From: an uncultured Actinomycetes bacterium
GTDB lineage: Bacteria; Actinomycetota; UBA4738; HRBIN12
DNA: 64,000 bases
Assembly (NCBI GenBank): GCA_963777495.1
Contig: CAVZQM010000004.1
Span: forward strand, 242,679-306,678
Reading direction: 5' to 3'
In this document: piece by piece, positions 52,955-61,980 of the stretch
How the letters are laid out: the number at the start of each line of letters is the position of its first letter
Numbering within the stretch: the stretch's first letter is position 1
The notes under the pieces: generated by a model
Told to the model about the DNA's origin: nothing
What the model saw: the letters and a program-made list of their open reading frames with translations, nothing else
Databases searched by the model: none
Position numbers and translations under genes: made by a program

Positions 52955-53783
52955 GTGACCGTCGCGCTCGCGCTCGTCACGGCCCTGGCATGGGGCACCA
53001 CGGAGCTCCTCATGATCCGCGCGGCCAAAGGGCTCCACGCGGTGACCCTCGGCCTGTGGCTGATGCTCCTCGGGGCGATGTTCATCCTGCCGATCGCGGC
53101 GTTCTCGGGTCCGTTGCCGGATGCGAGCGATGTGCCGATAGCCGTTGCGCCCGCCCTGGTGGGACTCGCGGGGTCGTACGCCTACTGGCTCGCGCTCCGT
53201 GACGGGATGTTGTCGATCGTCTCCCCCACGGTGGCGATCAGCGGCGGCATCGGCGCGATCATCGCCATCGTGTTGTTGGGAGAGCGGTTCTCGACGCTCG
53301 GCCTGATCGGGATCGGCGGTCGCGGTGGCCGGCGTCGTGCTGGCCACGTTCACGAAGGCCGGCACCGCGAAGGGCGTGTGGTGGGCGGTGTTGGCCGCGG
53401 TCCTGCTCGGTTGCTACACGGTGAGCCTGGCCTCGGCCACCGAACGCATCGGTCCGACTGTGGTCGGTCGCGTCCTATCGCCTCACCGGGATCGTCGTGC
53501 TGCTGCCGATCGCGCTCGTCTCGCGCCGTTCGGTGGTACTCGATCGCCGGATGCTCCGCGTGGTGATCGCCGCGGCGGCCCTGGAGACCGTGGGCTTCGT
53601 CGCGTTCACGTCCGCGCTCGACCTGGGACCGGTCGCCGTGGTCGCCGTCGTCGCCGCGCAGTTCTGCGACGATCGCGGTCGTCCTGGCGGCGGCCGTGTT
53701 GCACGAGCGGCTTGATGCGCCATCAGTGGATCGGGGTCGCGATGATGATCGGCGCGACGACGCTGCTGGGAGCGTTGTCGTAG
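52955..53783 (+). CDS. EamA/DMT family transporter (frameshifted)
   Basis: two EamA-like hydrophobic repeats (ALAWG, LLGE; GPVAVV). Confidence 0.8.
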
Positions 53784-53810
53784 ACGCGCGATGAGCCGGG
53801 TGTGGCACCT

Positions 53811-54536
53811 TCACGCGTCCCAGGCAGCGCGGTCGGCGATCACGCGAACATCGGGGTGATGCTGAAGGAACGACGCGGGCACCGATGGCGTGGGGGGTTC
53901 GCGTACCGCGCGGCGCAGGACCTCCCGCTTGCTCTCGCCGGTGACGACCAGCACGACGCACGTGGCTCCGAGGAGCACGTCCATGCCGGCGGTGATGGCC
54001 CGCGGCGGCACGCGTCCCGGGCCCCAGTACGACTCGTTGGACTCCACGCTCGCCGCCGAGAGATCGACCGTCCGGGTGCGCGAGGTGGGATCGGACGGCG
54101 GTTCGTTGAATCCCAGGTGACCGTTCGGACCCAACCCGAGGAACGCCAGGTCCAATCCGCCGGCCGCGCGCACCGCGCGTTCATAGGCCGCGCAGACCGC
54201 GGCGAGGTCATCATCGTTGCCATCGAGCCGAACCACCGACGCCGGGTCGATACCCAGCGGCTCGACGAAACTTCGGTCCATCCACCCTGCCAACGACCGT
54301 TCATCGTCGGGGCCGACGCCGATGTACTCGTCGAGCTGGAACACGCGGAGCGCGTGCATGTCGAGCCCGGCGCGGGCGCGAACGGCGAGACGCGCATACG
54401 CGCTCATCGGCGTGCGCCCCGTCGCGACGACCACGGCGGCGTTCGGTCGAACCGCGATCAGGTCCGCGAACACGCCCGCCGCTCTCTCGCCAACCTCGTC
54501 GGGTCCGTCGACGACCAACGGCGCCATGCTGGTCAT
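53811..54536 (-). CDS. nagB: glucosamine-6-phosphate deaminase
   Basis: ATGRTP, QLDEY, LGLGPNGHLGFNEP, PASFLQHHP. Confidence 0.92.
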   Translation of the reverse strand: MTSMAPLVVDGPDEVGERAAGVFADLIAVRPNAAVVVATGRTPMSAYARLAVRARAGLDMHALRVFQLDEYIGVGPDDERSLAGWMDRSFVEPLGIDPASVVRLDGNDDDLAAVCAAYERAVRAAGGLDLAFLGLGPNGHLGFNEPPSDPTSRTRTVDLSAASVESNESYWGPGRVPPRAITAGMDVLLGATCVVLVVTGESKREVLRRAVREPPTPSVPASFLQHHPDVRVIADRAAWDA

Positions 54537-54588
54537 GAGACCAGCATAAGACCAGTCCTTGACACCCCCGCGTCGAGGCGCGGAGGAT
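54526..54588. promoter_or_regulatory. GntR operator array and divergent promoter
   Basis: perfect inverted repeat ATGCTGGTC-ATGA-GACCAGCAT (54526-54547), extra half-site AAGACCAGT, TTGACA at 54559. Confidence 0.7.
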
Positions 54589-54594
54589 GCCACC

Positions 54595-55352
54595 ATGGCT
54601 GCCTCGGTTCCCCTTGCGCTCGATCCGGCGCACAAGGACATCCCCCTCTACCAACAGGTCCAGCACGCGATCGCCGAGCACATCGCTGCGGGCCGGTTGG
54701 TGCCGGGGCAACAGCTGCCCTCCGAGCGACGGCTCTGCGAGCGGTTCGAGATCAGCCGCGTGACCGCGCGCCGCGCGTTGGCGGCGTTGGTCGACGAGGG
54801 CCTGATCGAGGCCTCGCCGGGCAGGGGGTGGTTCGTCTCGGATGGACACCTCAGCGAGCCGCCGAACGCCCTGCTGAGCTTCACGGCACTCGCACGAGCC
54901 CGAGGCTTGGAGCCGAGCGCGCGGGTGCTTCGCCACGAGATCCGCGATGCCTCGATGGATGAGGCCGAGTCGTTGCAGGTCGCGCCCGGTGCGGAGGTAC
55001 TGGATCTGGAGCGGGTCCGGCTGCTCGACGGGCTCCCGGTCGCGGTCGACCACTGTTTGATCCCACTGGGTCAATGTCCGGCGCTGGCCGACGCCGACTT
55101 CACGGTGGACTCCGTATACGAGATCCTCCACACGAAGGCCCGGATCACGCCGACGTACGCCGATTGCACGCTCGAGGCGACATCAGCGGGCTCCATCATC
55201 GCGCCGTTGCTCGACCTCGAACCTGCCTCGCCCGTCCTGGTGTCGCGCCAGACCACGTTCGACCAGGCGGACCGGCCCGTGGAGAGTTCCCGCATCGTGT
55301 ACCGAGGGGACCGGTACCGTTTCCGAACCAAGCTGTCCGAGGATCCCAGTGA
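54595..55352 (+). CDS. GntR (HutC/DasR-like) regulator with UTRA domain
   Basis: PLYQQV, LPSERRL...ISRVTARRAL, GRGWFV, YRGDRYRF; the stop at 55352 requires one indel near 55335. Confidence 0.88.
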
Positions 55353-55356
55353 CCTA

Positions 55357-55403
55357 ACTGGTCTTACTACTGGTCTTCCCCGCTGCCGCTTCCTGAGTAT
55401 GAT
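55357..55403 (+). promoter_or_regulatory. tandem operator half-sites and -10 for the cupin-ROK-Gfo operon
   Basis: ACTGGTCTT at 55357 and 55369; TATGAT at 55398-55403. Confidence 0.65.
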
Positions 55404-55413
55404 GGTCGACACG

Positions 55414-56316
55414 ATGAGCGATGGTCTCCACCACGATGCGGCGACGCCCGTCACGGCCTTGGGAACGGCCGGCTCGCCGCGGCCGAGCTTCGATGAGCCG
55501 ACCCTCATCCCGTACGACCGGGCCACGTTGCACCTGTGGGGCGACGACGACTCCGGCCGCGTGGCCGACTGGATCTACGTGTCCAGCGACAAGATCCACC
55601 ACCTGGTGTTCGCGCTGCCGCCGGGTGGCATGTTCCGCCACTCCGAAGGCTTCCGGACGGTGTTCGCCGCGGACGAGGTGCTCTACGTGTTGACGGGAAC
55701 CGTGGTGTTCATCGACCCCGAGCACGGCGAGGTTCGACGTGTCGAGGCGGGTGAGGCGGTGTTCTTCCGGCGCGACACCTGGCACCATGCGATGAGCTTC
55801 GGCGCCGACCAGCTCCGCGTGCTCGAGTTCTTCGCGCCTCCGCCCGCGACGGGTACGTCGAGCGCGTACGCGCGGACGAAGGACTTCCTGCGCGACCCGC
55901 GCTACCGCGACGACCGGTGGAACGGACGGTGGCCCATGGCGGCCGACGAGCGAGACCAGACCGCACGCCTCCACGTCATGGGAACGGGTGACACGCTCGA
56001 CAGCCTCGAAGGCGACGGTGCGTTCGTGCAGACGTTCGCCAGCACCGAGCACCTTTCCGTCCAGAAGATCACGATCCGAGCCGGGGGCCACTCGGACACG
56101 CGACGGCACGGTGGCGACGCCGCGATACACGTCCTGCGCGGGACGCTCAACGTCTTGCTCACCGACGGAGCCGACTCCAACGGGCGACGCTGGTTCGAGC
56201 TTCGTCCCGACGACGGCTTCTTCGTGCCTGAGGGCGCGAGCTACGAGCTGCGGAACGTGACCGCCGATGAGACCGCGGTCATGGTTGGAGTGGCGCCCTC
56301 GTTCACGGTGGACTAG
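55414..56316 (+). CDS. bicupin protein
   Basis: two cupin repeats (DEVLYVLTG...WHHAM; HGGDAAIHVLRG...FFVPEG). Confidence 0.8.
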   Translation: MSDGLHHDAATPVTALGTAGSPRPSFDEPTLIPYDRATLHLWGDDDSGRVADWIYVSSDKIHHLVFALPPGGMFRHSEGFRTVFAADEVLYVLTGTVVFIDPEHGEVRRVEAGEAVFFRRDTWHHAMSFGADQLRVLEFFAPPPATGTSSAYARTKDFLRDPRYRDDRWNGRWPMAADERDQTARLHVMGTGDTLDSLEGDGAFVQTFASTEHLSVQKITIRAGGHSDTRRHGGDAAIHVLRGTLNVLLTDGADSNGRRWFELRPDDGFFVPEGASYELRNVTADETAVMVGVAPSFTVD

Positions 56317-56328
56317 CGCGCGGTGCCG

Positions 56329-57285
56329 ATGGCCGACGACTCCCTCGTCATCGGGATCGATGTGGGAGGCACGAAGATCGCCGGCGGCATCGTGGATGTC
56401 GGCGACGGGGCTGTGCAGAACCGCGTCGAGACGCCCACCGGGGCCGAACGCGGCGGCGACCGCGTGCTCGACGACGTCGTGGAGATCGCGTCCAGGCTCG
56501 GCGACAGCATGCCGCACGCCTCGACTCCGCGGCAGCTCGGCGTTGCCATCTGCGAGCTCGTCGACCCATCGGGTGCGATCACCAGCGGACAGACCGTGGA
56601 TTGGCGCGATCTCGATGTGGTCGGCTCTCTGGCAGGAGTGGGACGGGCTGCGGTCGCTTCGGACGTGCGGGCCGGAGCGTCGGCCGAGGCTCGGTTCGGT
56701 GCCGGACGGGATGTCGATCCGTTCGTGTACGTGTCCGTGGGCACCGGAGTCAGCTCCACGCTGGTGTTGGGCGGCGAACCCTACGCGGGCATGCATGGGA
56801 GCGCGCTGGTCGCGGCCAGCGGCACGTTCTCCACCACGTGCCCTCACTGCGGCGAGCTGGTCGAGGTGGTGCCCGAGGACGTCGCGTCCGGGCTCGGCAT
56901 GGTGCGGCGCATGCGGGACCGCCGCCCCGACGCGTCGTTCGATCGCGCGGAGGACGTGCTCGCGGCCGCCGACGCCGGGGACGACGGCGCGCGGGAGATC
57001 GTCGATGAAGGGGGACGGATGCTGGGCTCGATCGTGGCGAGCCTCATCAACGTGTTGGACCCCGAGGCCGTCGTGATCGGTGGCGGGCTCGGGCTGGCAC
57101 CCGGGCGCTACCGTGACCGCTTCGAAGCCTCCCTCGCCGAACACATCTGGGCGCCGACCAGCCGGTCGACCCCGATCCTCGACGCCGCTCTGGGTGCCGA
57201 CGCCGTGCTGATCGGCGCCGCGCTCGCGGCGGACCACCGCGCGCTTCCCCACGCCGAGCCCACGACCGGCACGGAGCCCTCATGA
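56329..57285 (+). CDS. ROK family sugar kinase
   Basis: GIDVGGTKI, DVRAGASAEARFGAG, VGTGV, VIGGGL. Confidence 0.9.
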   Translation: MADDSLVIGIDVGGTKIAGGIVDVGDGAVQNRVETPTGAERGGDRVLDDVVEIASRLGDSMPHASTPRQLGVAICELVDPSGAITSGQTVDWRDLDVVGSLAGVGRAAVASDVRAGASAEARFGAGRDVDPFVYVSVGTGVSSTLVLGGEPYAGMHGSALVAASGTFSTTCPHCGELVEVVPEDVASGLGMVRRMRDRRPDASFDRAEDVLAAADAGDDGAREIVDEGGRMLGSIVASLINVLDPEAVVIGGGLGLAPGRYRDRFEASLAEHIWAPTSRSTPILDAALGADAVLIGAALAADHRALPHAEPTTGTEPS

Positions 57286-58367
57286 CCGACGATCGGTCAC
57301 CCGTTCGGCTCGCGATCCTGGGGCCGGGCGACGTCGCACATCGCGACTACCTTCCCGAGTTCCATCGGATCGCCGATCGCGCCGAGGTCGTCGCCGTGTG
57401 CGGTCGGGGTGAGGAGCGCGCACGGGCGACAGGCGAGTCTCTCGGTGTCCCGTGGTTCACGGACCAGACCGCGATGACCGAGGCGGTCGAGATCGATGCC
57501 GTCGTGAACCTCACGCCCATCGGTGTCCACGAGCGGACCACCATGGCTGCGCTGGAGGCGGGGTTCCACGTCTACTCGGAGAAGCCGCTCGGCGTCTCCG
57601 TCGATGCCGCCGTGCGACTTCGGGATGAGGCGGATGCTCGCGGACTCGTCCTCGTGGCCGCGCCGAGCGTGCTGTTGTTCCCGCAGGTCCAGCGGACGCG
57701 CCGACTGCTCGCCGAGGACACGATCGGCGCGGTGCACACGGTTCGCGGCCTGGGCTTCGGGGGCGTGCCGCCGTGGGAAGGCTACGCATCAGATCCTGGG
57801 CCCTTCTTCGCGACGGGGGCGGGGCCACTCGTGGATCTCGGCGTGTATCCATTGCACGCGATCACGGGCCTGCTCGGCCCGGCGCGTCGGGTCTCGGCCA
57901 TGAGCGTTCGCACGCGAGGCGGATTCGACGTCGTCGAGGGGCCGATGTCGGGCACGCGCGTGCCGGTCGACGTCGACGACGCGTGGGCGGTGACCCTCGA
58001 CATGGGCGGGTCGCAGCTCGCGACGGTGGAGGCCAACTTCACCGCCCACGGAACGAGAGCCGCCGAACTCGAGCTCATGGGCGAGTCCGGCACCATCGCC
58101 CTGAGCTTGCTCGATGTCTCGGCCCCGATCCACGTCCTGGATACCCACGGAACGTGGTCGACGATCGAGGTCGAGACCGGTCGCCCCGCGGGCGGTCCGG
58201 ACCACATCCTCGGTGTCGAGCACCTGGTCGATCGCATCCGCGGCGACCTATCCCCCGCCCTGTCCGCCGATCACGCGATCCACGTGATCGAGATCCTGTA
58301 CGCGGCCGCGCGGTCGGCCACCGACGGCATCGTCGTCGAGCTGAAGACCGCGCTCGGTCCCGGTTGA
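57282..58367 (+). CDS. Gfo/Idh/MocA family oxidoreductase
   Basis: ILGPG, HVYSEKP, GPLVDLGVY. Confidence 0.9.
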   Translation: MTDDRSPVRLAILGPGDVAHRDYLPEFHRIADRAEVVAVCGRGEERARATGESLGVPWFTDQTAMTEAVEIDAVVNLTPIGVHERTTMAALEAGFHVYSEKPLGVSVDAAVRLRDEADARGLVLVAAPSVLLFPQVQRTRRLLAEDTIGAVHTVRGLGFGGVPPWEGYASDPGPFFATGAGPLVDLGVYPLHAITGLLGPARRVSAMSVRTRGGFDVVEGPMSGTRVPVDVDDAWAVTLDMGGSQLATVEANFTAHGTRAAELELMGESGTIALSLLDVSAPIHVLDTHGTWSTIEVETGRPAGGPDHILGVEHLVDRIRGDLSPALSADHAIHVIEILYAAARSATDGIVVELKTALGPG

Positions 58368-58389
58368 CCCACGAACGCAAGGAGGACAC

Positions 58390-59538
58390 GTGAGCGACCC
58401 CATCGGCATCGGCGTCGTCGGCGCCGGGATGATCGCCCAGCGCGGGATCCTGCCGCATCTGAGCCAGGACGACGTGCGTGATCGCGTGCGGCTCGTCGCC
58501 GTGTGTGACCCCGCGCCCGGCCGCGCCGCCGCCTCGGCCGAGCGCTTCGGCATCACGACGCCCTACGAGTCGTTCGAGGAACTGCTGGCCGATCCATCCG
58601 TCGACGCCGTCTCGATCGCCTCGCCGATCGGCCTGCACTTCGAACAGGCGAAAGCATCGCTCGAGGCCGGCAAGCACGTCCACGTCAACAAGACGATGTC
58701 GACGACGACCGCTGGAGCCGACGAGCTGATCGCACTGGCAACGACTCGATCACTGTCGATCGTGGCCTCGCCGGGCGAGGTGCTTCGTCCGCAACTGCGG
58801 GCGATCCGCGAACTGATCGCGCAGGGAGCGATCGGCCAACTCTGTTGGGGGATCTGTGGCTGCTCGCTCGGCAGCTATCACGAGAGCGATGAGGAGGCCG
58901 AGCGAACCTCGATGCCGGGCGGCCTCCCCGCCGACCCGAGCTGGTACTTCCGGCAGCCCGGTGGTGGACCGATGTACGACGTCACCGTCTACGCGCTGCA
59001 TCAGCTGACCAGCGTCTTGGGACCGGCACGGCGTGTGACCGCCCTGTCGGGCACGGTGGTTCCGAGCCGGACGTTCCTCGGCGCCGAGATCGTCACCGAG
59101 GTCGACGACAACACGATCCAGCTGCTCGACTTCGGCGGCGGCGTGCACGTGGTCGTCTATGGCACGGCCGCCGGCAACCTCATCGAGGACTTCGCCGCGG
59201 CGCAATACTTCGGCACCGAGGGGACGATCACCGGTCTGCTGCTGAACGGCGAGCCGATCGAGTTCGAGAGACGCGAGCTGACGACCGATCGACCCACGTG
59301 GGACTGGGACGCCCAGATGCGCGTGCTGCCGCACGTCGTCGGACCTCATCGGGACATCCCCGAGGCACATGTGTTCGAGGACATCATGCAGCTGGTCGGC
59401 CTGGTCCGCGACGGCACGCCGACGCCGGTGACGCCCGAGCACGCGCGGCACGTCATCGAGATCGTCGAAGCGGGCTACCGCGCGGCCGAGACCGGGCAGA
59501 CCCAGGACCTCCGGACGACGTTCGCGCTGCCGGCGTGA
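58390..59538 (+). CDS. Gfo/Idh/MocA family oxidoreductase
   Basis: GVVGAG, AGKHVHVNKT, GGGPMYDVTVY. Confidence 0.9.
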   Translation: MSDPIGIGVVGAGMIAQRGILPHLSQDDVRDRVRLVAVCDPAPGRAAASAERFGITTPYESFEELLADPSVDAVSIASPIGLHFEQAKASLEAGKHVHVNKTMSTTTAGADELIALATTRSLSIVASPGEVLRPQLRAIRELIAQGAIGQLCWGICGCSLGSYHESDEEAERTSMPGGLPADPSWYFRQPGGGPMYDVTVYALHQLTSVLGPARRVTALSGTVVPSRTFLGAEIVTEVDDNTIQLLDFGGGVHVVVYGTAAGNLIEDFAAAQYFGTEGTITGLLLNGEPIEFERRELTTDRPTWDWDAQMRVLPHVVGPHRDIPEAHVFEDIMQLVGLVRDGTPTPVTPEHARHVIEIVEAGYRAAETGQTQDLRTTFALPA

Positions 59539-59640
59539 CCGGCCGCCCGGTCCTTGGCAACGTCCAACCATGACTGACCCGCAGTTCGTCGGTCGAAAGC
59601 CGGAAATCGCAGGTGAGCGGGCGTATGCTTCGGCTCCCTG

Positions 59641-60423
59641 ATGAGGCTCGTGACCTATGACCGGAGGGGGCGCCGGCGACTGGGAGCGATCCTCGGGGGT
59701 GAGGTAGTCGACCTGCCCGACGTCGTCGGGCACCCGGCCTTCCCCACCACCTTGGAGGCCCTGGTGGCGAGCAGTCGCGGATCCGTGATGGATGCCGCCC
59801 GTGCCGCCCTCGAACGAGACGAAACGGCGGAACACGTCGTCAAGCAGGCACGGGTCCTGCCGCCGCTCTTCCCCTCGTCGCTGCTCACCCCCGAGGCCTA
59901 CGGCGTCGAGCGCCGCATCATCGGGCCGGAGCAGGATGTTCCCTGGCCGGCCGGCGCGGCGTGGGTCGACTACGAGCCCAAGGTTGCTGCGGTGCTCGGC
60001 CTCGAGACGTCGGACACCGCGCGCGAGGACGTCCGAGCGAACATCTTCGGCTTCACACTGGTGAACGACTGGTCTGCGCACGGGGCGAGCGGCGACCCGC
60101 TCTCCACCTCCGAGGGACTCCCGCTCGCGATCGGTCCGTGCGTCGTGACCGCCGACGACCTGGATCCGCAGCTGGTGGTCATGCAGGTCACGATCGACGG
60201 TGAGGAACTGGCCAAAGGCAACCTGAACGGGGCGGCCGAGAACCTCTACGCGCTGATCAGTGACGCGTCCAGGGTCGCGACGCTGGAGCGTGGCGACGCG
60301 TTCGCGCTCGGGCCCTTCGGGAGCGCCGACCTCGACCCCTCCCGGCGTCTGTGGCCCGGTGCGCGGATCGAGCTGGCCGCGGAGGGGATCGGCACGCTCC
60401 GCAACCGCCTCTCGCCCCGCTGA
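59641..60423 (+). CDS. fumarylacetoacetate hydrolase family protein (degenerate motifs)
   Basis: MRLVTY, DYEPKV, GFTLVNDWSA, IGPCVVT, GIGTLRN. Confidence 0.8.
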   Translation: MRLVTYDRRGRRRLGAILGGEVVDLPDVVGHPAFPTTLEALVASSRGSVMDAARAALERDETAEHVVKQARVLPPLFPSSLLTPEAYGVERRIIGPEQDVPWPAGAAWVDYEPKVAAVLGLETSDTAREDVRANIFGFTLVNDWSAHGASGDPLSTSEGLPLAIGPCVVTADDLDPQLVVMQVTIDGEELAKGNLNGAAENLYALISDASRVATLERGDAFALGPFGSADLDPSRRLWPGARIELAAEGIGTLRNRLSPR

Positions 60424-60509
60424 CCAGCGAGCCTTCGCCAAGATCCAAGCACGATGCGGTCGGAAGGCTTTCCCCGCGTGGCGAGCCGAGGGGTTGTTAG
60501 CATCCGCCC

Positions 60510-60977
60510 ATGGACCGCGACCGGCGCATGGAACTGATCGAGCAGTACCGCGCCGGATCGGCTGCGGTCGATCGGGCCCTCGAGGGGATCTCCGCGGAGG
60601 AGCTGGATCGGGCGCCGGGAGGCGAGTGGTCGCCCCGGATGGTGGTGCACCACCTGGCCGACTCCGAGACGAACTCGTACGTGCGACTGCGGAAGCTGCT
60701 CGCCGAGGACGTCCCGCAGATCCAGGGATACGACGAAGCCGAGTTCGCGCGGGTCCTCCACTACGACCGGCCCATCGAGCGTTCGCTGGCGGTGTTCCAC
60801 TCCGTCCGCGAATCTTCGAGCGAGTTGCTCGACCTCGTGGGCGAGGACGACTGGAGCCGGGCGGGGACCCACAGCGACTCCGGCCCGTACTCGATCGATC
60901 GGTGGTTAGAGATCTACGCCGATCACGGGCTGACACATGCGGACCAGATCACGCGTGCCAGGACCGGCAAGGCCTGA
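60510..60977 (+). CDS. DinB/YfiT family protein
   Basis: GEWSPRMVVHHLADSE, H...H near the C-terminus. Confidence 0.88.
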   Translation: MDRDRRMELIEQYRAGSAAVDRALEGISAEELDRAPGGEWSPRMVVHHLADSETNSYVRLRKLLAEDVPQIQGYDEAEFARVLHYDRPIERSLAVFHSVRESSSELLDLVGEDDWSRAGTHSDSGPYSIDRWLEIYADHGLTHADQITRARTGKA

Positions 60978-60989
60978 TCCCGCGGGGAG

Positions 60990-61112
60990 CTACTTCTTCT
61001 TCGCGGCCTTCCGCGCCGCTCCGCGCGCCGCGGCTTGGCGCTTGTCGCGAGCCTTCTTCTCACGCTGCCGGTCCTTCGAGTTACGGACCTTGGCGAGGTC
61101 TCCTCTGCCCAT
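60990..61112 (-). CDS. 40-aa highly basic small protein
   Basis: MGRGDLAKVRNSKDRQREKKARDKRQAAARGAARKAAKKK*; GAGGAG RBS, starts 3 nt after the proC stop. Confidence 0.65.
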   Translation of the reverse strand: MGRGDLAKVRNSKDRQREKKARDKRQAAARGAARKAAKKK

Positions 61113-61115
61113 CAG

Positions 61116-61958
61116 CTACTCCTCGTCGTCATCGCCGCCCTGCGCCAGCTCCATGCCACGCTTGCAGGCGGCGTCGATCGCGTTCAGGAACGCGGCGCGC
61201 ACGCCCGCTTCCTCCAGGATGCGGATGGCCGAGATGGTGGTGCCGCCGGGCGACGTCACCATCTCGCGGAGCTCCACGGGATGCTTGCCGGTGTCGCGCA
61301 GCATCTTCGCCGAACCGAGCATGGTCTGGATGATCAGCTCGGTCGCGACGTCGCGCGACAGTCCTAGCAGGATACAGGCCTCGATCATGGCCTCGGCCAG
61401 CAGGAAGAAATAGGCGGGGCCGCTGCCGCTGGTCGCGGTCACGGCGTCCATGTGCACCTCTTTCTGACGGAGGACCTTGCCCACGTAGCCCAGCAACTCC
61501 TCGGCCGTGGCCATGTGCTCGTCGCTGGCGCGCGATCCGGCCGCGATCACGGACATGGCCTCGTCGACCATGACCGGCACGTTCGACATCACCCGGACCA
61601 CGGGCACGTCGTCCGCCAGGTGCTTCTGAACGAACGACGTCCGGATGCCGGCGGCGAAGCTCACGACCAGATCGTCCGGGGTCACGTCGGCCCGGATCTG
61701 CGACAGGAGGACCTCCATGTCCTGCGGCTTGGGCATCAGGACCAGCACGTTCGCCCATCGCGTGGCTTCGGGGTTGTCCAGGGTCGCCGTGACCCCGTAC
61801 TTCCCGGCGAGCTCTTGTGCCCGCTCTTCACGGCGGCAGCTGACCATGATCTCGTCGACCGTCCGGCCGCCGGACCGGATCAGGCCGGAGATGAGCGCCT
61901 CGGCCATCTTGCCGCCGCCGAGGAACGCCACCCGCTTCCCCATCTCGTTGGCCGTCAT
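61116..61958 (-). CDS. proC: pyrroline-5-carboxylate reductase
   Basis: FLGGGKMA, VRVMSNVP, TATSGSGPAY, VTSPGGTT. Confidence 0.96.
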   Translation of the reverse strand: MTANEMGKRVAFLGGGKMAEALISGLIRSGGRTVDEIMVSCRREERAQELAGKYGVTATLDNPEATRWANVLVLMPKPQDMEVLLSQIRADVTPDDLVVSFAAGIRTSFVQKHLADDVPVVRVMSNVPVMVDEAMSVIAAGSRASDEHMATAEELLGYVGKVLRQKEVHMDAVTATSGSGPAYFFLLAEAMIEACILLGLSRDVATELIIQTMLGSAKMLRDTGKHPVELREMVTSPGGTTISAIRILEEAGVRAAFLNAIDAACKRGMELAQGGDDDEE

Positions 61959-61980
61959 CGCTCTCTCGCTTCCGAGGTCG

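Noticed and set aside
39730-59640. Mobile genomic island boundaries around the catabolic cluster
   Set aside because: No integrase, transposase, tRNA or flanking direct repeat seen
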